A stretch of 63,983 nucleotides of DNA, filler included, from Octopus bimaculoides (Eukaryota): assembly GCF_001194135.2 (NCBI RefSeq). It is 6 parts of 6 records of this genome, joined end to end, with 100 filler letters (N's around TTAATTAATTAA, not from the genome) between each part and the next. Parts side by side here need not be neighbours in the genome. Positions count along the whole stretch, not along the records: positions 32,835 to 44,298 come from NC_068999.1; positions 44,399 to 55,791 come from NC_068983.1; 4 more parts are not named here. One strand, given 5' to 3'. The notes beneath the pieces were generated by a model that saw only the letters and a list, made by a program, of their open reading frames with translations, was not told where the DNA came from and made no database searches. Both the position numbers and the translations under genes were made by a program. This document shows positions 41,600-54,124 of the stretch, piece after piece (the stretch's first letter is position 1; each line of letters starts with the position of its first letter).

Positions 41600-42755
41600 A
41601 ATCTCCCCCTCCTCCTCCCCTCATCGTATGGATAGTAGACGAACTAAACAGCTTAGACAGAAAGACAAGGAAGTTGCTAATTAGATATGGGACACTCCAC
41701 CCAAAAAGTGACTCAGACAGACTATATGTACCAAGAAAAAGAGAGGGAAGAGGACTTATTGGATGCGAACACAGCATTAGAGCAGAAGAAAACAACGTAG
41801 GATGGTATGTAAAAAATGCCACATAACCGCTATTATTAGAAGTAAGAAGGTCAGGCTTGTGTAGGATGAAAGATTGCAAAGATAAAACACTGCACAAGCA
41901 ATTGAAAACGAATAAAACTGAAAATAGGTGGGTAAAGAAAAGAATGCATGGTCAATTTCATAGGGATGTTGAAGATAGAAAGACAGAGAAAAAAGATCGC
42001 TGTGGGTGACTAAAAGTGATTCAAAACCGGAAACGGAGGCTGTAATCTGTGCTGCCCAAGAGGAAGTACTAAGAAAGAACTACATAAAATACAGAATAGA
42101 CAACACAGCAGAAAGTGATAAATGCAGAATCTGTGGTCAAAATGGTGAAACCGTATGGCATATTACCAGCCAATGTACGCCACTAGCCCAGAAGAAATAT
42201 AAGAGACACCACGACAATATAGCAAAGCTTGTCCATTGGACACTTTGCAACAAGTATGGACTTGACAGAGCAAAAATTGGTACGACCACGAAACTGAAAA
42301 CATTGTCGAAAATACAAATGCAAAAATCCTATGGGATTTTATGATTCAGTACGACCATGAGATAGAGAATAAGAATCAAGACAGTCTTAATTGAGAAAGA
42401 AAACAAACTATGCTGGATTATAGATATAGCATGCCCAGCAGACAACAAGGTATGCGATAAGGAAGAAAGAAAACTCGAGAGATATGACAGGTTAGTTTGG
42501 GAAGTTATGCAGTTGTGGTTAATGAAAAAGTTAGTAGTAGTACCAGTAATTGTTGGAGCCCTGGAAAAAGTGAGCAAATATCTCGAGAAGTACGTGGAAC
42601 AAATAGGGGATGCAATAAGGGTGGAACATTTGCAGAAAACAGCACTGCTTGGAACCGCTCAAATACTCCGGAAGGTGCTAAAAAAATAAGAGGTGTTACC
42701 TTAGTACACTGGTAGTGAACAGCTGACACTGTAGTACATCTCCAGCGTTAGAAGC
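41600..42755 (+). mobile_element. 5'-truncated R4/Dong-like RLE non-LTR retrotransposon (degraded)
   Basis: Contains LDRKTRKLL..YGTLHPKSDSDRLYVPRKREGRGLIG, a CCHC knuckle CRICGQNGETVWHITSQC...HDNIAKLVHWTLC, and RLE ..DIACPADNKV.DKEERKLERY..L..E...VVVPVIVGAL...LQKTALLGTAQILRKVL*. The 5' junction abuts a TAA repeat at about 41567-41600. Confidence 0.9.
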
Positions 42756-42834
42756 TATGCGACACAACAGAATATGTTTCAACACACGAACTCACATAAA
42801 GAATCTTGCAAACCAAAACCAAAATCGAAAAGTA

Positions 42835-43058
42835 ATAATATTCCTTTCTACTAAAGGCAGAATGTCTGAAGTTTGGAGGAAGGAGATAGTCGATAACATC
42901 GACCGCAGTAGTCAACTGGTATTCGTTTTATAATACTGGAAAGAATGAAAGGCAGAGTAAAACACGGTGGAATTTGAGCTCAGAAGGAAAGGCTGGATGA
43001 AATACCGATAAGTATTTTGTTTGATGCGTTACCTATTCTGCTAGCTCGCTGCCTTAAA
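42835..43058 (-). mobile_element. SINE family C
   Basis: Reverse complement begins aaggcagcgagctagcagaataggtaacgc and has the family core and tail. Confidence 0.75.
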
Positions 43059-43074
43059 ACATCAACATCATCGG

Positions 43075-43211
43075 CAAAAACGGCAGCAGCAACATCATCG
43101 GCACCAACAGCTGCAAGGACGACAACAACAACAGCAACAACAAGAACAATAATAATAATAACAACAACAACAACAACAATAATGATGATGATGATGATGA
43201 TGATGTTGATG

Positions 43212-43263
<52 letters not shown>

Positions 43264-43282
43264 TGATGATGATAACAATAAC

Positions 43283-43324
<42 letters not shown>

Positions 43325-43345
43325 CATAATAATAATAATAATATC

Positions 43346-43401
<56 letters not shown>

Positions 43402-43447
43402 NNNNNNNNNNNNNNNNNNNNNNNNNNNNNNNNNNNNNNNNNTGATG

Positions 43448-43499
<52 letters not shown>

Positions 43500-43563
43500 T
43501 GATGATGATAACAATAACAATAATAATAATAATAATAATAATGATGATGATGATAACAATAAC

Positions 43564-43605
<42 letters not shown>

Positions 43606-43626
43606 CATAATAATAATAATAATATC

Positions 43627-43725
<99 letters not shown>

Positions 43726-43770
43726 ATCAATAATAATAATAATAATATGAATAATAATAATAATAATAAT
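43075..43770. repeat. (AAC/AAT/GAT)n trinucleotide arrays; the block appears duplicated on both sides of the gap at 43402-43442
   Basis: The same interruptions (gatagtaat, aacaataac, aaacataat, atatcaat) occur on both sides of the gap. Confidence 0.9.
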
Positions 43771-44258
43771 ACTGCAAAATTTTCAACTACAAAATATTAT
43801 TTACCACAACATCCCAGCGTGTGGTTATACGTTGAGTAGAAGCTGCAGCAATTCTCATTTGATATCTGTATGTCGTACAGCTAAGTATGGCGCCTCCTAA
43901 GTCTGTTTACAATATACCTTTGACTGACTGCTTTTAGCCACAATACTGCCGCTCATCTGCTTCTGAGTTGAACACTCAGGCTAATGGTGTGCGTGTATGA
44001 CTGTGTGTATTTGTGTGTATGTGTGAGTGAGTGCTAGTGTGTGTGAGAGAGCGCTTTTGATTTTCTGTAATGTATGTAGTTATGTAATTGTGTATCAATG
44101 AATGCGTGTGTAGGATTTTGTTAGAGAATGAGTGCGTATATACATAAGTGATGTTACGATATAATTACAAGATGTATGTGAGAGACAGTGTAAGTGTGAA
44201 CGAGAAGAACTCTCATGAAATATGTTCAGGATAATGACAATCGTGTAACACATACGCA

Positions 44259-44298
<40 letters not shown>

Positions 44299-44398
44299 NN
44301 NNNNNNNNNNNNNNNNNNNNNNNNNNNNNNNNNNNNNNNNNNTTAATTAATTAANNNNNNNNNNNNNNNNNNNNNNNNNNNNNNNNNNNNNNNNNNNN

Positions 44399-44443
<45 letters not shown>

Positions 44444-44601
44444 TTAGTGACCTCTTGTTAAAACTAACACCAGAAAGTCGCACAATGCTTGAAAATATAT
44501 ATCCCTTTTCCTTATTTCGATGACCTTGCGGATTGTGAAGGCCTAAACTACAGCTTCTTTATAGTTTGCCTAAATCCAAAACTGAATACAACGTTAGTTG
44601 T

Positions 44602-44705
44602 GAATGAATGAATGAATGAATGAATGAATGAATGGATGGACGGATGGATGGATGGACGAATGGATGGATGGATGGATGGATGGATGGATAGATGGATGGA
44701 TAAGA
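44602..44705. repeat. (GAAT)n(GGAT)n microsatellite
   Basis: Read directly from the sequence. Confidence 0.95.
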
Positions 44706-45569
44706 TAAATATACTGACTCACATCTTAAATATTTTGTCTCTTTGCGAAATTAAGTCCATGCGGGGCTTGAAAGTTTGTGGAAGAAGCGAGAAAGTCAGT
44801 ATCACATATTTCACTTAAAGTTTATCCATTTTCTATTTATTTATTTTGTTAATTTATTTTATTTATTCATTTATTTATTTATTGTATTTGCTTGAACAAC
44901 ATTCTTACAACTCTACAACATGTATATATATAATATTTCGATGGAATTTGTTCATAGAATAATAACAATTAAAAGAAAATCCTAAAAACAGACAAACACG
45001 AAACAAAAATTAAGAAAAGGAAACAGAAGGAGAAAAAGAAAAAAAAAAAATTCGAGCTGTCTGTTATTTCAGGAAATAAAAACAGCAGAAAAAGATCTTT
45101 GTGCTTTTGATTTCTTTCCTCGCACTACGATTATTTATAGCTTTCAGACTCCGTACTTTTTTATGATTGACAGGCTGATCTGAAAACGACTGTTTTTAAA
45201 AAGAAAATTCCACGTCAAAAACCATTAGGTTATAAGTTTGCCGATAGATGGCTAAAATCTACAGAGTTTGTGTTGCATTCTAGAAACAAAACGAAGAAAA
45301 ACAAAGAGACAGATTACTATATTTTGTATTAAACAACTGGAAAAATAATTTTAAAAAATAAATAAGTTAAATATAGTAACTGCTTTTGTTTTGGATCATG
45401 AATACATCAATGACAATAGTAATAAAACAATAGTGATTCAACATCTATGATAAAGTCTATAGAAAGCTTTGTCGTATCATAGTCTTCTGAAACGCGAATA
45501 GACACGACACAGATAAATTACGGAACATTTTTATAAAAACGTTCAGAGAATTTGACATAAACTTTATAT

Positions 45570-45770
45570 TAGTTCCAAATTTTGGCACAAGGCTTAGCAA
45601 GTTCGAAGGAGGGAGTAAGCTGATTGCATCAACCCCAGTGTTCAACTGGTACTAATTTAATGAAATGTGAAGTCGAGTTCGGTGGAATATGAACCCAGAA
45701 CGTAAAGACGGACGAAATGCTGCTTAGCGTTTTTGCCGTGTGTTGACGATTCTGCCAGCTCACCGCTTTA
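45570..45770 (-). mobile_element. SINE family C
   Basis: Reverse complement begins gcggtgagctggcagaatcgtcaacacacggc and includes ccagttgaacactggggttgatgcaatc. Confidence 0.8.
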
Positions 45771-45954
45771 CCTTAACTTTACATTAACATCAAATTTACA
45801 GTTATTTTCCACATCACGCTACATCCATCTGTCATCAAGTACCAGCCTTACGGCACTATTTCGTCTTCAATTAAGACGGGTACTTTGAACAATGTAGTTC
45901 TTGATATTCAAAAAGATGGATTGGTGACAGCTGGAACACTTGCGATCATAGGTC

Positions 45955-46150
45955 TGATTAATGGATTGGCAGAATTATCAGAGCGTCGGGCAAAATGCTC
46001 AATGGTATTTAGTTACAGCTTTTTATATCCTGAGTTCGAATCACGTTCAAGTCAATTTTACCTTTCATCATATCACGGTTGTTAAATTAAAGTATCAGTC
46101 AAGCACTTAAGCAGGGGGACTGATTCACATAATATCAAAACATGTCTACA
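45955..46150 (+). mobile_element. SINE family C (diverged)
   Basis: ttggcagaattatcagagcgtcgggcaaaatgct...ctgagttcgaatc..ttacctttcatc. Confidence 0.6.
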
Positions 46151-46639
46151 TACTGCTTGGACCTGTATTACACTTGTATGTAGGCCTGGCCCTTCTGAGT
46201 TTTTGGTTGATTAAGTCTGGTAGTTTAAAAGCAAAACACTCAACACACATTTCCTCGGAAACCCTTAATACACGTTTTCTACTTTTTGACACGTAACTAG
46301 GGCCCTTGACACATCGCGACAGGGCGGATCGGGGAGTAATGCAGATTAAAGGTAAACTCCGCACTTCCCATAACTCCTGAGCTAGGGACTCACCAATGGA
46401 TGCAGTTTAATATCTTTAACAAATTGTAATAGAAAGAAGAATATAGCTCAATAGAAAAATAGCAGATACTATCACACACATCCCTAGACCTTACCAGAAA
46501 ACACGTTATTTCTTTGTCTCTGTCTGTCTGTCTGTCTCCCCCTCTCTCTCTCTCTTTCTCTCTCTCCCCCTCTCTCTCTCTCTCTCTCTCACTCCCTCTC
46601 TCTCTCTCTCAGACGTGGCTTTCCACCTTAAAACCATAT

Positions 46640-47560
46640 AGCCTCTTTCGCCATAAGTTAGATGTTGCCGTCAACAATAGAAAACTAAACTCATTTGATC
46701 AAGCCTGCAAATACGTATACGCGCGCGCGCACATACACACATGCCTTCATGTATGCATACATACATACATACATACATACATACATACATACGTATCGTT
46801 TTTGAAATTTGAATAAACTTAACTTCTTTCCACACATATGACGATGGAGTGCCAAATGCAAAAAGATTGAGTATTTTGGACACCTGCTAGTTCTCACTTT
46901 CAGTTAAGGTTCCAATGCTGGTTCCAAAGCTGCCAAAGCTACTCGAGATATTTGTGCTGTACATGGGGAAGGTGCTATTACCGAAAGAACTGCACAGAAA
47001 TAGTTTCCACACTTCAAAGAGGGGAAATTCAACTCTCCAGACTCTCTGCGTTCTGATTGACCTGTTCAGTTTCAAGAGAATCGATTGAACGAACTCATCC
47101 AAAAGGATCTGCTCTGATCCACTAGGGATTTGGCTCAGCAGATGGGATGCTTTAATGATACCTTCGCTCGCCACCTTCACTCGATGGGTAAGGCCTAAGA
47201 ACTCGGTGCACGGGCGCCACATCCTCCGAAAAAAAAAAAAAAGAGACAAACTTCAGCGCTCCTTTATCACCGCCAGACTGCTCGAGCGAAACCAAACTAT
47301 TCGTAGACAATAACAGAGATTTCTTTTCATCGTCAGCGGCGATGAAAACTGGTGTCTTCACGTCAATATGAAGCAGAGGAAAGAACGGTTGATTCCCAAC
47401 AATCTAGTAACATGTTGAGTCAAGAAAGCGCTGCGTCCACACAACACAATGATTTGCCTTTGATGAGATCGGGAAGGGATAATCCACTACAAAATGCTTG
47501 AAAACAATCACATGGTCAATGCAGAGCCTTACGTTCAGCCAATGCACAATGATGTGCGCA
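46640..47560 (+). mobile_element. Mariner transposase pseudogene, 5' two-thirds
   Basis: MECQMQKIEYFGHLL...KAAKATRDICAVHGEGAITERTAQK*F..RSD*P..STRDLAQQMG...HLHSMGK..LGARAPH (WVPH-like), then IVSGDENWCLHVNMKQRKE (first catalytic D) and a TIN-like region. Many stops. Confidence 0.88.
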
Positions 47561-47865
47561 TGTATGTATATATGTACACACACACACGCACACACACATA
47601 CACACACACACACACATACATACACAATAATCGATGTTTTAAAGCTTCAAACACGCGCGCACAATGTGTGTGTGCGTGTTTGTGTGAGTGCGTATGTGTG
47701 TGTGTCTGTCTGTGTCTGTGTGGGCTTGGAGCTTTAAAACATTGATTATGGTATTTATTTCGGGACACTGAGGTGAAGTGCATGATTGCCTGTTTCTACA
47801 ACTGTTATGAAGTTATTTCGGCAATTTTCTGAAATACGTGTATGTCTTATAAAAGTATCGTTTAT

Positions 47866-47866
<1 letters not shown>

Positions 47867-47918
<52 letters not shown>

Positions 47919-47919
47919 T

Positions 47920-47964
<45 letters not shown>

Positions 47965-48041
47965 GGACGGATGGACGGACGGACGGACAGACGGACGGAC
48001 GGACGGACGGACGGACGGACGGACGGACAGACAGACAGACA

Positions 48042-48073
<32 letters not shown>

Positions 48074-48100
48074 AGCAGGCAGATAGATAGATAGATAGAT
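47867..48100. repeat. Compound tetranucleotide microsatellite (GATA)n-(GACG)n-(GACA)n-(GGCA)n-(GATA)n
   Basis: Read directly from the sequence. Confidence 0.95.
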
Positions 48101-48952
48101 TTGTTTCGTGTAAAGTCAAAGTCATATTTAGCATGGCCGCCTGTATTCAGATACAATAAGACTTTCACTGCGAAAATAGATCCGCGAGGAAATTCTCTAT
48201 CTTAACATGTATGAAAATACATTACTTTTTGTTTTTATTTTGGGGCTGTGAATGATGTCATAAGATCGTAGAAGTCACGCGTTTCTACGTCGTTGCACTT
48301 CGTCAGCTAGAAAGATCAAATCTGACAATCAAGGTCCAATAAGAACGAAGGTATTCTTACTAAATCAAAATACAAAACGTTTCCTAATGTGTCGTAAAGC
48401 TTTATCGAGCTAGAATTAAATAAATGATGTAGTACGAAGCTGCGTAGTATAAAATATATTTGTGAAAAATTATGTTTTATATGTTTAAATGTATTTGAAC
48501 GTCATAAAGCCTTTCGCTGCGGCAAATTCTCCTCCTGGGCTTGCGTGAAAATCAAATTTTTAAATAGTTCCTAGTTCTTTCTCTTCCTCTTTCTCTCCCT
48601 CTTTCTCTCCTTTCTCTCCCTCTTTCTCTCCTTTCTCTCCATCTTTCCCTCCCTTTCCACCTCTTTCATTCGCTCGCTCGCTCTCTACACGAAATTGGCT
48701 GTAATTATACTTAAAACTTAAAATGCATAAGACATGCTGTTTCTCAGGACGGCGGGTCCTTCGTGAGCTGACGATCCGAGAAAGATCTGTTTATCTATCT
48801 ACCTACCTACCTATCTATCTATCTCTATCTCTTTCCTTCTCCCTCTTTATATATATATAATTGTGTTTGTATATATGTATATATATGTGTGTGTGTGTGT
48901 ATGTATGTATATGTGTGTTTGTAAACACACACACACACACACACACATAACA

Positions 48953-51075
48953 CACGAGGTCTATCCATAAAGAATCTGACCGCTTAAAACAGCATGCCAA
49001 CTAGCGGATGCAATATGCTCCTCAGTGCGGTGACGTGTATGGCTACCTTGACGTTAAATAACTATTACATCACGTCATGTATATTTGTCACCGAACCACT
49101 TGTACTAGAGTCGACGTATATTTCGTGCATTTGACGTTTTGTCGCAAAGTAAATAATGAACGATGGAGAAGAGCAAAGTCTCTATGTAAGCCGGGTAAAA
49201 ATTTGATCGGAACTTTTCTAATGTTACAACTGGCCTATGGAAAGGATTGTTTTGAGGTGAACACAATGACAGGAGAGTTACCAGTGTAGCAAGTCTTAAT
49301 AAACCTTTATCAGCGGTAATATGACGTCATGGTCATGTTGGCCGAATAGGTATAATTATTAGTTTCCCATTGGTTAAAATTACCTCTTATATTTGAATTC
49401 TGACTTTCGTCAAAGAGAAATCTTTCACGAAATACTGTTCTTAGAATTCAGATATGAGCAGTTATAAAAACCCTGATTTTGGAGAAATAAATCAGTGTTC
49501 ATTGATTGTCACTTGATTCCACGACACTCACTTTCTTGAGATATTGGTCATTGCCATACCAAGTCTTTTATCTAATTCAACAAGGCTATTTTGAATAGTT
49601 GTTTAAAACTCTTGTAGCTTAGTTATGGAAGAATTAAATATAAATTTTATGTCGTAACTCTACGACAGTCTTTTGACTTATAAAAATGTATTGTAAATAT
49701 TAAATGTACCTAAATAAACTAATTTAGTAAATAATGTTTTTTCTTCATTTTCTTCAACCTGTTGTTGAAATTTATTTTCGTAACTATGAAACTGTTATTA
49801 TAGCGGTGAAAAAGAGTGAGCTTTATTATCTTCAACATACATGCGCGTTCAGCATCTTAGTGTGTGTGTATAACTCACTACAACGTTTATGTAGTCTGAG
49901 CTAAGATTTATGTATGGTGATAAATACTTATAATTAAGTTATAAGTGACGGATTTCTCCCTATAGATTCCTACTCAAGAAATATTTATATTTATTATAAT
50001 TTCAAGTCGAACACGTGATAAATAGATAAAAATCATCTAATTGTTATAGATAAATTTCCACTATTATAAAATGCCACTCATTTCTTCTCAATATTCACGC
50101 CGGTTATAAACTAGGCGATCAATCACACCGTTATAAATTGGCGACCAACTGACGTGGATTCTGAATTCTACTCGGGAGAATAATCACCATATAAATTGGC
50201 AAACCACCGTTATACCAGCATTGCAAACGAGTAAGAACAATCAGCAAAGACGGTCCCAAATCTGGACGATACTTTACAACAACGGTTGACCATCACATCG
50301 CAAAAATGCACGTTACAACTGCAATCCGTGAAAAGCCATCGTCTGGCGAAGTTTCCAAAGAGTAGTGAGGCATCAGCAGTTTTGTACCACATGATTTTGC
50401 TTTCTCGAAATTTTTCCCGTATCTACTGAGAGATGAACAAAACGAAAAACGAAAATGAGTCAATAAGGGCTGTTTCATTGTTCCAAAGATTAACTCTTTC
50501 TCAAAAGTATCATAGGAAGCGATGAAATGTGGATGTGCAGTTACGATGTCGAAACAAAAAGGCTATTGTCGCAATGGACTAAGATTATCATCGTTACAAC
50601 TTCAAAATGTGTGTTGCTCAAATATAATGTAACGATCGGTTTTCATTGTAAGCGCGTCTTTCATCACGAGTTTGTTCGACTTAATCAGATGGTCAATCGA
50701 GAGTTTTACTTGGACGTCCTGAGACGTTGGAAAAAAGCAATGCAAACGAAGGTATTTGATTGAGGCATGAACAAATAAAACCTAGATGCTGCCTGGCGAC
50801 AATATACCTTCCCAGGCACTACACCTTATCCATTACGTTTTGGCAACGCACGAAACGTTTCTAGTACTTTAACTATTTCGTTTTTCAGAATAGGGATCAG
50901 CAGATTTTGTTTGTTTTCGAAATCAAAATCCGCCTGAAATGTCTCCGATTTCAGACGATAGAAGAGAGGGAAGAAAATTCACTGCGAGAGTTGCACTCCT
51001 AATTGGGGAAAAACTTTGGATACAGTGTATCGATAGTAGAAGGGAATATATTGACAAAGTTAAATTAAATTCTAG
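48953..51075 (+). mobile_element. Second mariner relic, split by an insertion of about 0.9 kb (about 49280-50210)
   Basis: A TIR-like start cacgaggtctatccataaagaatctgacc. N-terminus ..AKSLCKPGKNLIGTFLMLQLAYGKDC resumes at about 50220 with DGPKSGR, then IIGSDEMWMCSYDVETKRLLSQW, HHEFV..VNREFYLDVLRR, ADFVCFRNQN (DFFLFPKLK-like) and a C..SRREY tail. Confidence 0.8.
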
Positions 51076-52964
51076 GAAAGCAATAGTGTTGTTGGTATTG
51101 TTTCTTTCTGTTTAGTTTTAAGTTTGGTTTCATACCTCGAATGTGTAACTATTAAGTTGTTTGTCTTTATTCTACTGTTTATATTACTGATGCTGTAACT
51201 TCTATGTATTTAGAAGAGAGGAATGTGATGATCAGATGTTTTGTTATTCATAATATTTTCAAACGCGTCAGTGGCATGAAATGCCTTCTTCTCTGAATCG
51301 AAACCACTCGACTCGACAGGAGCTTATAGAGAGAATATTGATCCCAAATTAGATAGCTGTGTTTTCATAAAATGCATATTAATTGGAAAAACAAAGAACG
51401 TATGCTATAAATAAGATGGCTGGTAAATCGCAGAAAATGGGGATGAGAGAGAGAGATAAGGGAGAGAATTGAAAGTATAAGAGTGAGGGGAGCTTAGCTT
51501 TAAACAATACATTTATTGATCGGATTTTTATCAGTTGATTCAGCTATTTTTTCTGCCATTTCATTCAAGATGTATCAGCAGGCTTTCGACTAATGTTGCT
51601 GTTTAATGCTTTTGCCGAATATTTTCTCCCAAAATATTCGATATGATTGATATCAAGAATTTTTCCTCATGTTTCTTTGATGTCACGAATATCGAACTAT
51701 TTCAGTAATTCCTTTCTATTTCTCACTCCAGTACTCACTGAATCATAAGGTCGGTAACCGCTATGATGTCGCCCGACAATCTGACTCTGCCAATATTTTA
51801 TATGAAAGAATTAATTTACTCTCATATATACAATTACTCATAAAATAACAAATCTCTCTCTATTTTTGTATTATTAAAATGTTCACACCATATCGGAATA
51901 AACAAGTTTTGCATCGTAATCATAAGAAAAAAGCGAAAAAGTTACGTCCATGTAATACAAATATTATAATAATAATAATACAAGTGAAAGATTTCTCAGA
52001 CGAAATCTTAGGACTATGCAAGCGCAAGCAAGTTGTCAAGCGAGAGGAGCTACTTGACTGTACGCAGCGTACGCACACACAAAGAAGTGGGGTGAGAGTA
52101 CTGATTTATAAGCACTCCAGCATTCCTTCGAGAAAAATATTAGATTTCGCATGAAAAACTAAACAAGGCTAATGGCACTTTAACACATTTTAAATTGATA
52201 TTAACTTGAAAACATATTTCCCAATGGTTTTTCCTTAGCTAACTGTTCCGATGACGGCCCCCATTTTAGAGTACAAGTCGCTTTGCGTTCGGCTGTTAAT
52301 CAGTTCTAACAAGGAGAGAAAGTTGGTTCTAAGCATGAAAAGTATTTGTACATATATGTACCGAAGCGTACATGGATTAAACTCATTCTCATTGAATCGT
52401 TGAGTCACACGGTGAAAAACGACAGACTTACTTTTCAATGGATATTGGAATCAGAAAGGAACTTCTAAGTGTAATCAGCAAAACCAAATACAGCTTGCTT
52501 TTCCGAGCCAATGACAAAACCTATATGCTGTCACTCGACCTACCAGAACTAGCAGTCAGATCTTTCTCAAAAGCTACTTTACCGTATTAAAAAAAGACAT
52601 GATTTTCATACTGCGATAAGGAATGTATCTGAAATAAAAGACAGGTCGGTCAAGACCTGCTTGACTTTACTCAGATTTCCTTTAAAAAAAGTTTATCTTG
52701 TGTCGACATAACAATTGTTTGCTTTCATGTTTACATCATTTTCTGTGTGTGTGTGTGTGAAAGAGAGAGAGAAAGCGTGTGTGCGTGCGCACGCGCGGGA
52801 TTATGTATGCGTATATATATATATANNNNNNNNNNNNNNNNNNNNNNNNNNNNNNNNNNNNNNNNNNNNNNNNNNNNNNNNNNNNNNNNNNNNNNNNNNN
52901 NNNNNNNNNNNNNNNNNNNNNNNNNNNNNNNNNNNNNNNNNNNNATATATTTACACACACACAC

Positions 52965-53195
52965 ACAGTTATGTGTGTGTGTGTATCTTTGTATCTGTGT
53001 TTTTTCCCCCACCATCGCTTGACAACCGATGTTGGGCTGTTTACGTCCATGTAACTTAGTTGTTCGGCAGAAGAGATTATGGTTACAAAAGATAAGTTCT
53101 GGAGTCGATTTCTTCGACTGAAAAACTCTTCAAGGCGGTGCTCCAGCATGGCTACAGTCAAATGACTGAAACAAGTAAAAAGATAAAAGAATATA
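52965..53195 (+). mobile_element. SINE family A 3' half (5' half lost in gap)
   Basis: catcgcttgacaaccgatgttgg...ggcggtgctccagcatggctacagtcaaatgactgaaacaagtaaaa. Confidence 0.8.
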
Positions 53196-53447
53196 TATAG
53201 TCAACAGATGAGATCCAAGGATTCTCAGTATAGAAGACACTTAGTAGCAAAATTAGACTCCGAGGTCTTTACAGGGGATCAATTCCGCAGAGTAAAGAAC
53301 GGTAATAAGAGGGATCATCTTGAGCAAATATGGAAGGAATTATGCGGTTAAAACAAATGAATTATTATTATTATACCTCTGTACGAAACGATTGTCTGCA
53401 AGAATTAAACATTCAGCAACAGTACTCTGGAGTAAAGATTGTTTTCC

Positions 53448-53712
53448 AACATAACATGGCAGTCCTGGTTTAGGACGAATGTAGCTGTAATTTAGCCCCA
53501 GGAGATCGTCTCCAGCTGGCTATACGACATGATCTGTGTCGTTTTATTTTCGGACAAGGAAATCTAGCATTGTTTTGAGCTGAGTGGGGGTGCTAGATTC
53601 CTTTGTTCGAAAATATAAGGACACAGATCGTATCGTATAGTCAGCTGGAGACGATCTCCTGGGGCTAAATTACAGCAACATTCGTCCTAAATCAGGACTG
53701 CTATATTATGTT
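53448..53712. mobile_element. Fold-back (MITE-like) element with about 120-bp inverted arms
   Basis: Left arm 53448-53569 and right arm 53591-53712 are reverse complements with scattered mismatches; for example tgtaatttagccccaggagatcgtctccagctg is an exact match. The spacer is 21 nt. Confidence 0.85.
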
Positions 53713-54124
53713 AGCAAACAATCTTTGTCTTCTCCATTTTTAACTAAATTGATGAGTTTTAATGGGACTTCATTCCATAAATTCACCACACACACATATA
53801 TATANNNNNNNNNNNNNNNNNNNNNNNNNNNNNNNNNNNNNNNNNNNNNNNNNNNNNNNNNNNNNNNNNNNNNNNNNNNNNNNNNNNNNNNNNNNNNNNN
53901 NNNNNNNNNNNNNNNNNNNNNNNNNNNNNNNNNNNNNNNNNNNNNNNNNNNNNNNNNNNNNNNNNNNNNNNNNNNNNNNNNNNNNNNNNNNNNNNNNNNN
54001 NNNNNNNNNNNNNNNNNNNNNNNNNNNNNNNNNNNNNNNNNNNNNNNNNNNNNNNNNNNNNNNNNNTATATACATATAGCTAAATCAAAAACATCTGGAA
54101 TCTTAATAAAAAAAATTACCACAT

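Noticed and set aside
43177-43750. Duplicated trinucleotide block across a gap
   Set aside because: Most simply the same array assembled twice from each side.
46146-46364. 72-aa ORF as a terminal coding exon
   Set aside because: No recognisable domain, its 3' end runs into a SINE, and there is no supported acceptor.
48274-48306. Minus-strand CUGACGA-A...GAAACGCGUG hammerhead-like string
   Set aside because: Stem II does not close, position 17 is G, and there is no stem I.
48729-48765. Minus-strand CUCACGA-A-GGAC(CCGCC)GUCC-UGA-GAAAC string
   Set aside because: G5 is mutated, there is a 3-nt insertion before GAAA, and stem I is weak. At best it is a dead remnant.
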